Shown here in pieces: positions 27,527 to 36,993 of a DNA stretch of 55,850 nucleotides. The notes below the pieces were generated by a model. The model was not told where the DNA came from and made no database searches. It was given only the letters and a program-made list of their open reading frames with translations. This DNA is from Pseudomonadota bacterium (GTDB lineage Bacteria > Bdellovibrionota_C > UBA2361 > OMIW01). The stretch's first letter is position 1; each line of letters begins with the position of its first letter. The stretch is taken from contig OMIW01000129.1 of assembly GCA_900299205.1 (NCBI GenBank), forward strand, positions 1-55,850, in the 5' to 3' direction. Position numbers and translations under genes: made by a program.

Positions 27527-27751
27527 ATGACTTCTCGGAGAAATTCGCAGGGGGGGTTCACTGATACCAGCGTATTATTGAAACTGCTCGGCTTGACTGT
27601 TGTCATAGCGGTGGTAACCTGCTGTAATCGTTGGATTAAGACTACGAACATGAAGCGGAACGGCTATGTGGAATACGACCCAAGCAATCCGGCTTTTGAT
27701 GATCCCGATAAAGGTCGTGGATTTACCGTTCGGGGAGGGGGGGTTAGATAA
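27527..27751 (+). CDS. Small single-pass membrane protein (hypothetical, 74 aa)
   Basis: GGAGGGGG lies immediately upstream of ATG 27527. One hydrophobic helix (VLLKLLGLTVVIAVVTCC) and a Gly-rich tail. No homology support. Confidence 0.35.
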   Translation: MTSRRNSQGGFTDTSVLLKLLGLTVVIAVVTCCNRWIKTTNMKRNGYVEYDPSNPAFDDPDKGRGFTVRGGGVR

Positions 27752-27811
27752 GGCGTCTGAGAGACCTGCTATTCAGCTGAGACATCGAGATTTCCTTATA
27801 CCTTTGAGCCT

Positions 27812-28765
27812 ATGACCGATCCTGTTGTGAGCAATCCCCTCTACTTATTTCCCCTGCCCCACACCTCCGTGTTTCATGTCCACGGAAAGGATGCTCCTCG
27901 CTATCTCCACTCCCGGCTCACCAACTCGATTCGAACCCTAACCGTTGGAAATTCATGTCAGGCGGCAGCACTAACTCCTCAGGGAAGGACCGAAGGGTTG
28001 TTCACCTGCCTACGCACTAATGAGTCTGAATATTTTCTATCGTGCGATGGGGGAGGTCGCGAGGAACTACTTACGGCACTCCGAAGATATGTTGTTGCCG
28101 ATCGGGTCACAATAGAGCCAACGGATCGAATCGGTTCCGTGATTCACGTTTCGGCATCGGTGAAAGCACACCTTCATACGGCTGCACTCATTGACCCCCT
28201 TTTTTTGCCTGAACTCTTACCGGAAAATCCTCTAAGGATAGCTGCGATTATCCCCAATCTGAGGCTTGGGGAGCTAGGTTTCGATATTTGGACCTGGGAG
28301 CCATGGGAAGCGGCGGAAGCGTTAAGGAAAACGCTTTCTGAATTTCAGTGCCTCACCTCTGAAGAATTCGAAATCCAGAGACTTTCCCAGGGATTTCCCT
28401 CTTTTCCCTCCGAGCTCAATCCTTCCCGGCTTTTAACAGAGGCACCGATTGGCCGAATGGTTGCGAAAAACAAAGGGTGCTATGTCGGACAAGAAGTGAT
28501 TGAAAGAGTTGAGTCGCGAGGTGCGACCCCCCGATTACTCGCGCGATTCTCATGTGAATCAGTGCAAAACCTAACTCCAGGGGCAGCTATCTCAGTGAAA
28601 CGAATTGATGGTGGCACCGAAAAAATGGGCGAAGTGCTGTCCTCCGCGTCGACAGGAGATGAAGTCTTTGGTTTCGCGAGCATCCGGCGACAAGCCGAGC
28701 CCGCCGAGCCGATATTCGTGGAGGGTCGTAAGGGAAAATTCGACTGGGTAGTTGAGAAATTATGA
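27812..28765 (+). CDS. ygfZ: YgfZ/CAF17-type folate-binding protein (GcvT-fold)
   Basis: 317 aa with the family signature KGCYVGQEVIERVESRG near the C-terminal third, and a GcvT-like N-terminal region (HGKDAPRYLHSRLTN). Confidence 0.7.
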   Translation: MTDPVVSNPLYLFPLPHTSVFHVHGKDAPRYLHSRLTNSIRTLTVGNSCQAAALTPQGRTEGLFTCLRTNESEYFLSCDGGGREELLTALRRYVVADRVTIEPTDRIGSVIHVSASVKAHLHTAALIDPLFLPELLPENPLRIAAIIPNLRLGELGFDIWTWEPWEAAEALRKTLSEFQCLTSEEFEIQRLSQGFPSFPSELNPSRLLTEAPIGRMVAKNKGCYVGQEVIERVESRGATPRLLARFSCESVQNLTPGAAISVKRIDGGTEKMGEVLSSASTGDEVFGFASIRRQAEPAEPIFVEGRKGKFDWVVEKL

Positions 28766-28808
28766 GCAGGATAGGCCGAGAAGTAGCCTGACGCGTCCTG
28801 CTTATTTT
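28766..28808 (+). terminator. Terminator-like hairpin after the ygfZ-like gene
   Basis: GCAGGA..AGGC-loop-GCCT..TCCTGC interrupted stem, followed by TTATTTT. Confidence 0.35.
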
Positions 28809-28822
28809 CTCGCTCTTGGGCA

Positions 28823-29890
28823 CTATTGGTGCTCGATCACCAATTCCAGGTTCTGACCGAGACGCTTGAGAAGAAACGACCTCAACTTATCCTTAATGCG
28901 ATTTTCAATCTGTCGAATCCGCTCTTTACTTACCCCGATTTTATCAGAGAGGTCCTGGAGAGTCGCTTTATCCTCAGCTAGAAGTCGTTCTTGGAATATA
29001 AGGAGCTCTTTGTCGTTTAGCTCGAGAGCAAATGCAGCAAAGCTCTCCCTCAATAAATTCTCCCGCTCCCTATCTGCGACAACATCCTCCGCTGACGGCA
29101 AGTTCGTCGGAAGAACCGAGACCAAACTAGTTTCACCTTCGCCCGGCAGTGGCGCATCGAAACTCAGATCCGCGCCCTCCATCCGCTGCTCCATCTCAAC
29201 AACATCACTCTCCCGAACGTTCAACTTTTCCGCAATAAGGCGCGAACTTGGATAGTATCCTTCCCGCTCGAGCCGCTCCTTTTCCTTGCTGAGATTGAAG
29301 AAGAGCTTCCTTTGGGCCTGCGTGGTGCCTATCTTCACCATCTTCCAATTTGCGATAACATATCGGATGATATAAGCCTTTATCCACCAGATAGCATAGG
29401 AAGGAAAACGGACTTCCCTTTCCGGATCGAAGTTTCTTACCGCCTCCATGAGGCCGATATTACCCTCTTGAATGAGGTCTAACACACTCCGTGCCGCGCG
29501 CTCATAATCTCGAGCCACCCGGACGACCAACCACAAGTTGCCCAGGACGAGGCGACGAGCGGCCTCAGTATCACCATCCTGACGATACCGGATGGCCAAG
29601 CTTCGTTCTTCATCGCGACCGAGGGGAGGGATGCGATTAATTTCTCTTAGATAGGCCGTCAGCGGGTCATAACGAACAAGCCCATGCTCAGCCGATGCCG
29701 AATCATCGCCCCCTCCCTCCAATGCCACCTCTGACGGGACTAACTCACTGAAGCCAGGATCACCCAATACGACGTCGTCAATATTGACGTCGTCCCCCTC
29801 GGTGGCCTCCCCCTCTCCTCTCAGTGGTTCCTCCCCCTGATCGGCCTCCGGGTTGCGTCTCGGCGTTTTTTCAGCGGAATCGGAGCTCAT
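28823..29890 (-). CDS. rpoH: RNA polymerase sigma-32-like factor (RpoH family) with an acidic N-terminal extension
   Basis: Region 2 DLIQEGNIGLMEAVRNFDPEREVRFPSYAIWWIKAYI, RpoH box TTQAQRKLFFNL, and region 4 LQDLSDKIGVSKERIRQIENRI. ATG at 29890 is used, but the ORF is open to a TTG at 29962. Confidence 0.8.
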   Translation of the reverse strand: MSSDSAEKTPRRNPEADQGEEPLRGEGEATEGDDVNIDDVVLGDPGFSELVPSEVALEGGGDDSASAEHGLVRYDPLTAYLREINRIPPLGRDEERSLAIRYRQDGDTEAARRLVLGNLWLVVRVARDYERAARSVLDLIQEGNIGLMEAVRNFDPEREVRFPSYAIWWIKAYIIRYVIANWKMVKIGTTQAQRKLFFNLSKEKERLEREGYYPSSRLIAEKLNVRESDVVEMEQRMEGADLSFDAPLPGEGETSLVSVLPTNLPSAEDVVADRERENLLRESFAAFALELNDKELLIFQERLLAEDKATLQDLSDKIGVSKERIRQIENRIKDKLRSFLLKRLGQNLELVIEHQ

Positions 29891-30083
29891 GGTGAGGACC
29901 ACACGGTTGAAATTAAGAGGATATAACTCATTCACATTAGTCCACCGGTCCTTCTTGTTCAAGATTTAGACCACTCGAGCCGAAATAACGGGAGGTGTTT
30001 TATAGAAAGCAACACAAAGAAGCCCAAAAGGGAATTCACGAGCCACTAGAATTACCCCTTTTTCACCCTCTCGTTCCTCAGTC

Positions 30084-31778
30084 ATGAGCGTTCGACTCGC
30101 CGATATCCTCCTTAAAAACGGCATCATATCTGCCGAGCAGAGGGATTCTGCCTTCAGCAAGCAGGCCGTAGATTGTGAGATGTCGTTCTCCTCCATAATC
30201 ATTCACTCGGGATACACCTCGGAGGAGCTCCTTCTCCGATTTCTATCATCCCACTTTGGGATACAAGAGGTCGATCACCGTCAGTCCTCAATCGACAAAT
30301 CGGTGATTGAGCTGTTAGAGCCCAAGTTCTGTCGAAAGCACTCAATCATTCCCCTATCCCGAGCAAACAACCGACTTACCCTCGTAATGAGCGACCCCTC
30401 TGACTATTCGACCGTCGCTCACGTCAAATTCATCACCGGCCTCGATATAGACATTCAGGTGGGACCCGAATCGTGGATTCGCTCCCGAATTGACGAATTA
30501 TTCCCGGAGATTGGCGATTTCTCGGCCATTCTCGGAGATATACATAATGAAGTAGAGTTAATAGAGGACACAGTAGACGATGATATTCCAGAACTTACCC
30601 TGCCAACAGAAGATGCGCCGGTTGTAAAATTGGTGAATGCCATCCTTGCGGATGCCATCCGAAAGAATGCCTCTGACATTCATATTGAGCCGTTCGAGAA
30701 GACCCTTCGGATCCGACTTCGTATCGACGGGGTCTTATATGAACTAATGACTCCCCCCGCAAAACTCAAGAATGCTATCGCATCTCGCCTTAAAATAATG
30801 GCCGCTCTTGATATCGCTGAACGGCGACTCCCCCAAGATGGACGGATAAAACTAACCCTCAATGGCAAACAGGAGATGGATTTTCGGGTGAATATTCTAC
30901 CCACGCTCTTTGGGGAAAAGATTGTTCTTCGTTTACTTGATAAGACGAATCTCCAGCTTGATATGACCAAGCTTGGATTGATGCCAGAGCAACTTTCGCA
31001 CCTTAAAAATGCCCTTGCTGAACCCCATGGCATGATACTCGTAACAGGCCCAACCGGATCCGGTAAGACAACCACTCTTTATTCAGCACTAACCGAGCTC
31101 AACCAGTTATCAACCAACATATGTACTGCTGAGGACCCGATTGAATTTAATATTCATGGCATAAATCAGGCTCAGATTAATGAAGATATCGGATTCTCTT
31201 TCGCCGCTGCCCTCAGGGCGTTCTTGAGACAAGATCCTGACGTTATTATGGTCGGCGAAATACGGGACTACGAAACGGCAGAGATCGCCATAAAGGCATC
31301 ACTAACCGGGCATCTGGTACTCTCCACCCTTCACACGAATGACGCACCGTCTACTATAAATCGGCTTCTAAACATGGGAGTTGAACCATTCCTGGTTGCC
31401 TCCTCTATAAATATTATCATCGCTCAGCGTCTAGCAAGACGAATTTGCATTCAATGCAAAATACCATCTCCCTTGAATCCAGAGATACTCGTCAATTCAG
31501 GTATGCGAGTTCCTGACGCCCGATCCCTCATCAGCTACCACGGCAAAGGGTGCCAGGCTTGTGCAGGCACGGGATATAAGGGACGGATAGCGCTCTATGA
31601 GGTTATGGTTATGACTGATGAGCTACGAGAATTTGTCCTTAATGGAGTCTCTTCTGCTGAGCTCAAAAGAAAATCTATTTCAGCAGGAATGATTACCCTT
31701 CGTACATCAGGACTGATCCGATTGAAGGAGGGCCTCACTACCCTTGAAGAAGTACTTCGTGTTACCGCACCGGATTAG
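30084..31778 (+). CDS. pilB: Type IV pilus assembly ATPase PilB (GspE family)
   Basis: T2SSE N-terminal domain, Walker A GPTGSGKTTT, Asp box TAEDPIEF, Walker B IMVGEIRD, His box GHLVLSTLHTND, and tetracysteine CIQC...CQAC. Confidence 0.92.
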   Translation: MSVRLADILLKNGIISAEQRDSAFSKQAVDCEMSFSSIIIHSGYTSEELLLRFLSSHFGIQEVDHRQSSIDKSVIELLEPKFCRKHSIIPLSRANNRLTLVMSDPSDYSTVAHVKFITGLDIDIQVGPESWIRSRIDELFPEIGDFSAILGDIHNEVELIEDTVDDDIPELTLPTEDAPVVKLVNAILADAIRKNASDIHIEPFEKTLRIRLRIDGVLYELMTPPAKLKNAIASRLKIMAALDIAERRLPQDGRIKLTLNGKQEMDFRVNILPTLFGEKIVLRLLDKTNLQLDMTKLGLMPEQLSHLKNALAEPHGMILVTGPTGSGKTTTLYSALTELNQLSTNICTAEDPIEFNIHGINQAQINEDIGFSFAAALRAFLRQDPDVIMVGEIRDYETAEIAIKASLTGHLVLSTLHTNDAPSTINRLLNMGVEPFLVASSINIIIAQRLARRICIQCKIPSPLNPEILVNSGMRVPDARSLISYHGKGCQACAGTGYKGRIALYEVMVMTDELREFVLNGVSSAELKRKSISAGMITLRTSGLIRLKEGLTTLEEVLRVTAPD

Positions 31779-31786
31779 GAGTTTTT

Positions 31787-33004
31787 ATGCCAGTTTATCT
31801 TTGGTCGGGAACAAAGGCAGGGATACGGGTAAATGGCGAGCTCAATGGAGAAAACCCTCGGGATATTTTTGAAAAACTTCGTCAAAGAGGAATTATACCC
31901 GATGCCTCCTCAATTAAACCCAAAGCACTACTCCAACGAGAGGTTACCATACCAGGGCTCGGACCTCGGGTTCGACAAAAGGACCTCGTCGTATTCACCC
32001 GGCAATTCGCTACTATGGTCGATTCCGGACTACCAATAGTTCAAAGCCTCGACATTCTGGGTCGTCAAGCCGATAACCCCGCCCTTAAAAAGGTGATTTC
32101 GGGTATAAAAGACACCGTGGAAACCGGTGGAACACTTGCTGAGGGACTAGGAAGATATCCCGCCATATTTGATAACCTTTATGTAAACATGGTCGTTGCG
32201 GGAGAGAAGGGGGGGATTCTCGATACCATTTTTGAGCGGCTTTCTCTTCATCTTGAGAAGTCGATGAAATTGAAGCGGGAAGTCCAGACCGCGATGATTT
32301 ACCCAGCCGTTGTCGTTGGTGCGGCATTCATCGTAACGGCAGTGCTGATGATATTTGTCATTCCCACCTTCAAGGATATGTTCGCCGACTTCGGGGCAAC
32401 CCTTCCAATGCCCACTCTAATTGTGGTCAGTATAAGTGATTTTGTCTCATCCTATTGGCACGTAATCTTCGCTCTTATCGGAACATCGATATTCTTTCTT
32501 ACCCGATTTTCAAAAACGCGTCGTGGTAGGGAAATTCTTCATCCAATTTTCCTCAAGATGCCGATATTCGGCAGTCTCTTTCGAAAGGTTGCGGTTGCTA
32601 GGTTTACCCGGACGCTTGGTACGATGGTGTCCTCTGGAGTTCCAATATTAGAGGCTCTCAGTATTTGTGCAAAGACTTCAGGAAATGTCATCGTTGAAAG
32701 AGATGTTCTTAAGGCAAGAGCCGCAATCTCAGAGGGGCAATCAATCACAGAGCCCCTCTCCGAGTCGCCCGTTTTCCCACCGATGGTTGTGCAAATGATT
32801 GCCGTAGGAGAGGCAACAGGAGCACTCGACACGATGCTCCGAAAAGTTGCAGATTTTTATGAGGAAGAGGTCAATATCGCGGTTGCTGGAATGAAACAAC
32901 TGATCGAACCTCTCATGATTCTCTTTCTAGGGGTGATAATTGGCGCCCTCGTGATCGCTATGTATTTACCAATATTTAAGATGGGAGCAATTGTCGATAG
33001 ATAG
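31787..33004 (+). CDS. pilC: Type IV pilus platform protein PilC (GspF family)
   Basis: 405 aa with two GspF repeats (FTRQFATMVDSGLPIVQSL and FTRTLGTMVSSGVPILEAL) and three TM segments. It lies directly after pilB. Confidence 0.92.
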   Translation: MPVYLWSGTKAGIRVNGELNGENPRDIFEKLRQRGIIPDASSIKPKALLQREVTIPGLGPRVRQKDLVVFTRQFATMVDSGLPIVQSLDILGRQADNPALKKVISGIKDTVETGGTLAEGLGRYPAIFDNLYVNMVVAGEKGGILDTIFERLSLHLEKSMKLKREVQTAMIYPAVVVGAAFIVTAVLMIFVIPTFKDMFADFGATLPMPTLIVVSISDFVSSYWHVIFALIGTSIFFLTRFSKTRRGREILHPIFLKMPIFGSLFRKVAVARFTRTLGTMVSSGVPILEALSICAKTSGNVIVERDVLKARAAISEGQSITEPLSESPVFPPMVVQMIAVGEATGALDTMLRKVADFYEEEVNIAVAGMKQLIEPLMILFLGVIIGALVIAMYLPIFKMGAIVDR

Positions 33005-33075
33005 GCTTCATGATTTGAACACACGATTAAAAGTCGCGATGAAAGGATATTCCTGACAGGGGAAAAACATATCGC

Positions 33076-35055
33076 ATGAAACAACGAGCTCCATCCTCCA
33101 CCCTTTTTTTTCTGGTACGAACCAGCCTCATCGTGATGGCCCTTGCGGCAGCTTTTTTTCAATCAACACTCTCATTCGGTTCATATCATGGGCAGCCCGC
33201 TTTTAGCCTTCCTTTTTTTGGAACTCTTTTTCTTCTTGCGATATTAGTCGAACGGGCGATTCATTTTCGCTTCAACTCATGGATTATATCGACAATTGAT
33301 ATTTGCCTGGATCCATCCATCGTGACCGGTGTTGTTTATATGACCGGTGGACCAGTAAGCCCATTTCTATTCCTGTACATCCCATTGACAATGCTTTGGT
33401 CATTTTTAGGTACCTCACGGACCCAATTGATCATCATTTTCCTGAGCGGCATCCTCTATCTTTCTCTCATAGTGGGCATGCAATTCTCTCTCATCTCACC
33501 GACGTCCTATTTCGATCCATCCGAAACGTCGCTTGGATTCCTTATTCTTCAGGGAGTTGGCCTTACCGGTGCGATGGTAATCGTTGGGCTTGGAACAAAC
33601 ATTCTTAGATCATCAATTGAGAGGAGAGAACAACTAGTAGCTGAGTCCGCCCGATCAATGAGAAGCATGGGCGAAGAGCACCGCTCCATTCTGGACAGCG
33701 TTCCGGATGCGGTGATTACCGTCGATGGCGATGGAATCATAACCTGTGCAAATGCCCCGGCTCACACGATCTTTGACTGTACCACCGATATGGTCGGTCA
33801 ATCATTTTTTAAAATAGCTTGTAATATCCTCCCCACCTTCTCAGAACATTCACAAACGGGATCACAAAAGGGAAAGTCACGGGAATTCGCCGTTAACCGC
33901 GGCCCGAAGCGAGGCAGGTGGTTAGAATCTTTTCAGCAAGCGATAGGCTCCTCTTCCGACTCCTCCCCTGGAGTGTTCTACTATTTTAGAGATATAACCT
34001 CCCAAAAGGAGAGTGAGCGCCAAAAGGAGATTGAGATCCAATATGTTCAAGCCACTGAACGTCGTGATTCTGCCAAATTTATAGTAAAGGGCACTTCTGG
34101 ATTGGTCGGTGAGAGCAAGCTTTTTCTCAAAGTTATTGATCTCGCAGAGCGAGTATCGAAAAGCGATGCGACCGTCCTGCTATACGGAGAATCTGGAACT
34201 GGTAAAGAGTTGATTGCTCGAGCGATCCATCAGGGGAGTCGATGGAGTGATGGCCCATTCGTTGCCGTGAATTGTGGCGCCATCCCAGAGTCATTGATAG
34301 AGAGTCAGTTGTTTGGCCATAAACGTGGCGCATTCACCGGAGCTGTTTCTGACCATACTGGATTCTTCCGCGAGGCAATGAATGGGACCCTGTTCTTGGA
34401 TGAAATCGGCGAGCTCCCTCTTCATGTTCAGGCGACTCTGTTGCGAGCTCTCCAAGAGAGAACCGTCCGGCCAGTCGGCGGAACAAGCGACATCCCGATC
34501 AATAGCAGAATAATTGCGGCTACCAACAAGAATCTCCGACGCGAAGCCGAATCAGGCACCTTCCGAGAAGATCTGTACTACCGAATAAATGTAGTCAACA
34601 TAACTATCCCTCCTCTCAGAGAGAGGCGAGAAGATCTTCCGATGCTCATTAGCCACTTTGTACACAGACGAACTGAAACCGGGCGAGCCCCGCCCGATAT
34701 CACATCAGATGCCCTGAGACTCCTCGTATCATATCACTACCCCGGAAACATCAGAGAGCTCGAAAATATACTGGAACGCGCAATGGTTCTCGGTGGTTCG
34801 ATAATCCTTCCAGAACATCTCCCCGAGTATCTCCAATCATTTGAAAAAGGGTATTCATCCTCAAAGACTGAAAATCATGTTACGGATCTGCCGTGCAGCT
34901 TAGATTCTATTCTGGCCTCCATCGAGCGCGAATACCTGAACGCCGCGCTCGCACAGGCAAACGGATCGAGAAAAATAGCCTCTCAACTGCTGGGCGTAAA
35001 TATGAGATCCTTGCGCTATCGGATTCAGAAGTACGAGCTCGATTCGGTGGACTAA
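33076..35055 (+). CDS. Membrane-anchored sigma-54-dependent transcriptional activator (polytopic TM domain + PAS + AAA+ + Fis-type HTH; no receiver domain)
   Basis: Residues 1 to about 190 form several hydrophobic helices. A PAS-like segment follows (ILDSVPDAVITVDGDGIITCAN). AAA+ motifs: Walker A GESGTGKELIARAIH, GAFTGA loop (KRGAFTGAV), Walker B LFLDEIGE, and YPGNIRELEN. The C-terminal HTH is GSRKIASQLLGVNMRSLRYRIQKY. Confidence 0.85.
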   Translation: MKQRAPSSTLFFLVRTSLIVMALAAAFFQSTLSFGSYHGQPAFSLPFFGTLFLLAILVERAIHFRFNSWIISTIDICLDPSIVTGVVYMTGGPVSPFLFLYIPLTMLWSFLGTSRTQLIIIFLSGILYLSLIVGMQFSLISPTSYFDPSETSLGFLILQGVGLTGAMVIVGLGTNILRSSIERREQLVAESARSMRSMGEEHRSILDSVPDAVITVDGDGIITCANAPAHTIFDCTTDMVGQSFFKIACNILPTFSEHSQTGSQKGKSREFAVNRGPKRGRWLESFQQAIGSSSDSSPGVFYYFRDITSQKESERQKEIEIQYVQATERRDSAKFIVKGTSGLVGESKLFLKVIDLAERVSKSDATVLLYGESGTGKELIARAIHQGSRWSDGPFVAVNCGAIPESLIESQLFGHKRGAFTGAVSDHTGFFREAMNGTLFLDEIGELPLHVQATLLRALQERTVRPVGGTSDIPINSRIIAATNKNLRREAESGTFREDLYYRINVVNITIPPLRERREDLPMLISHFVHRRTETGRAPPDITSDALRLLVSYHYPGNIRELENILERAMVLGGSIILPEHLPEYLQSFEKGYSSSKTENHVTDLPCSLDSILASIEREYLNAALAQANGSRKIASQLLGVNMRSLRYRIQKYELDSVD

Positions 35056-35091
35056 GGTCAAATGAAGGGGAACGATTAGAAATCGATAACC

Positions 35092-36993
35092 CTACTTCAC
35101 AAGATAGGTATAGCCTGCTAAAGCATCTCGATACCTACGAAGCAGATGAGCCGACTCATCCGGTTTTATTTCGTTCAGCTTGATTGCTCGTTCAAGTGAA
35201 CGTCTGTACATTTCTTCAAGGTCTGCGACGTCGTACTCAACGTAAGAAAGGACCTCCCGAATCGTATCGCCCCTGACCACTTCGCAAATATCAATCTCTT
35301 TATCCTCTCCTATTCTCACGTGAACTGCATTGGTATCCCCGAACAGATTGTGCAATCCCCCAAGAATCTCCTGATAGGCACCGACCAGAAATACTCCCAA
35401 ATAATAAGAAGAAGATTCAAAGGCACCGCGATTGTACGGAAGGTCGCTTCGGACATCACGGGAATCAATGAAGCGCGCTATTGTGCCATCACTATCACAG
35501 GTCAAGTCAGCCACTATCGCCCGACCCTCAGGCTCATCCTTTAACTTCTGAATGGGCATGATCGGGAACAGCTGGTCAATAGCCCAGGAATCCAACATGC
35601 TCTGAAAGAGCGAGAAATTACAGAAAAGGGTATCTCGCAAATCAGAGGAAATTTTGGATATCTCCTCGGGTGCATTTTTCATCCCCCTACTCATCTCAAC
35701 CATCCGGCCACAGAGGTGACGATACATCAGATCCCCGCGAGCTCGATCCTGCAAGCTCTGCTGACCACTAACAAATTGATGAAACATCTCCTCGCGAAGA
35801 CTCAACACTTCGTTCAGGGTTTCCCGGAGATTCTTAACGGTAAGCTCATCTCCTAACTCCTGAAAGCGCACGAGGATCTCATTCGACGACGCCCCCTGGG
35901 TTAACTCCTCTGGCCGAGGTGGCACAGCACTCGCAACATCGATTACCTCGGTAACAAGTACGGCATGATGCGCCACCACCGCTCTCCCCGACTCCGTAAT
36001 AATATCAGGATGGGGAACTCCCGCGCGTTCGCATGCCTCAAAAATGGCACCGACAACACTATCAGCATATTCGTCCATCGTGTAATTCATCGAGGACTCG
36101 TAGTTGCTTTTCGACCCATCATAATCGATTCCCAATCCACCACCGACATCCATCAGGCAGAGGGAGGGACAGAGGCGCGCAACTTCGACATACATCCGGG
36201 TTGCCTCTTTAAGAACTCTGCGCACGCTATTGATATTCGGTATCTGACTACCAACGTGGAAATGAAGAAGTTTGACCCAATGGTCACAGCCCTGAGCTTT
36301 AAGGGTCTCTATTGCCGCAAGAAGCTCAGTGGTCGTCAACCCAAATTTAGCCTGATCACCCGCCGACTTGTCCCAGTATCCCCCACCCCGCGTGAGGGGT
36401 TTCATCCGAATGCCAAGCTCAGGTTCAACCCCAAGTTGTCGAGCGGCCTCAATGATGTATTGAAGCTCATAAAACTGCTCGACGATGATGATTGAACGCC
36501 GGCCAATCTTCCGGCCGGTTAGTGCAAGCTCTATGTATTCAGCATCCTTGTAGCCGTTGCAAAGCAAAAGGGTATCGGGGAGATCGTGCAAAGCCAGCAC
36601 CGCGAGAAGCTCTGGTTTACTTCCCACCTCGAGCCCTATGTTCCTCGTATATCCCGACTTTCGGAGGGTATCGACCACATGTCGCAGCGGATTCACCTTA
36701 ACGGGGAACGCAGTCCGATACACCCCTCGATACCCCCAAGCGGCTATCGCATCGTCGAAGCTTGTTTGAAGAAGCCTTACTCTGTCCTCGATAATTCCGT
36801 CAAATCGAAAGAGAATCGGGGCTGATATCCCGCGATGCTCGAGGGAGCGAGTAAGCTCGAATAAATCGATCTCGTCTCCGTTCCGTCCGGGTCGAACAAC
36901 CACATTACCGTCCGCATTGATGTCGAAGTAGCCTGAGCCCCATTCTCTGACTCTATACAGCTCCCTGCTCCTCTCGACGTTCCATGAATCCAT
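35092..36993 (-). CDS. speA: Biosynthetic arginine decarboxylase
   Basis: 633 aa. The N-terminus W..ERSRELYRVREWGSGYFDINADGNVVVRP is typical of SpeA. PLP-fold blocks FPVKVN and HFHVGSQ, then GGGLGIDYDG. Confidence 0.95.
   Translation of the reverse strand: MDSWNVERSRELYRVREWGSGYFDINADGNVVVRPGRNGDEIDLFELTRSLEHRGISAPILFRFDGIIEDRVRLLQTSFDDAIAAWGYRGVYRTAFPVKVNPLRHVVDTLRKSGYTRNIGLEVGSKPELLAVLALHDLPDTLLLCNGYKDAEYIELALTGRKIGRRSIIIVEQFYELQYIIEAARQLGVEPELGIRMKPLTRGGGYWDKSAGDQAKFGLTTTELLAAIETLKAQGCDHWVKLLHFHVGSQIPNINSVRRVLKEATRMYVEVARLCPSLCLMDVGGGLGIDYDGSKSNYESSMNYTMDEYADSVVGAIFEACERAGVPHPDIITESGRAVVAHHAVLVTEVIDVASAVPPRPEELTQGASSNEILVRFQELGDELTVKNLRETLNEVLSLREEMFHQFVSGQQSLQDRARGDLMYRHLCGRMVEMSRGMKNAPEEISKISSDLRDTLFCNFSLFQSMLDSWAIDQLFPIMPIQKLKDEPEGRAIVADLTCDSDGTIARFIDSRDVRSDLPYNRGAFESSSYYLGVFLVGAYQEILGGLHNLFGDTNAVHVRIGEDKEIDICEVVRGDTIREVLSYVEYDVADLEEMYRRSLERAIKLNEIKPDESAHLLRRYRDALAGYTYLVK

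Noticed and set aside
30084-30170. Possible MshEN-type c-di-GMP binding motif at the PilB N-terminus (RLADILLKNGIISAEQRDSAFSKQ)
   Set aside because: It matches the RLGxx(L)(L)xxG(L)(L)xxxxLxxxLxxQ pattern only partially. Ala replaces the Gly and Arg replaces a conserved hydrophobic residue. That is not enough to claim binding from sequence alone.
35965-36495. 176-aa plus-strand ORF inside speA. Similar antisense ORFs lie at 12852-13355, 13806-14261, 5114-5596, 30680-31075 and 52284-52742
   Set aside because: All lie fully within, and antisense to, genes with strong family motifs. None has an SD or a recognisable domain, so I treat them as shadow ORFs.
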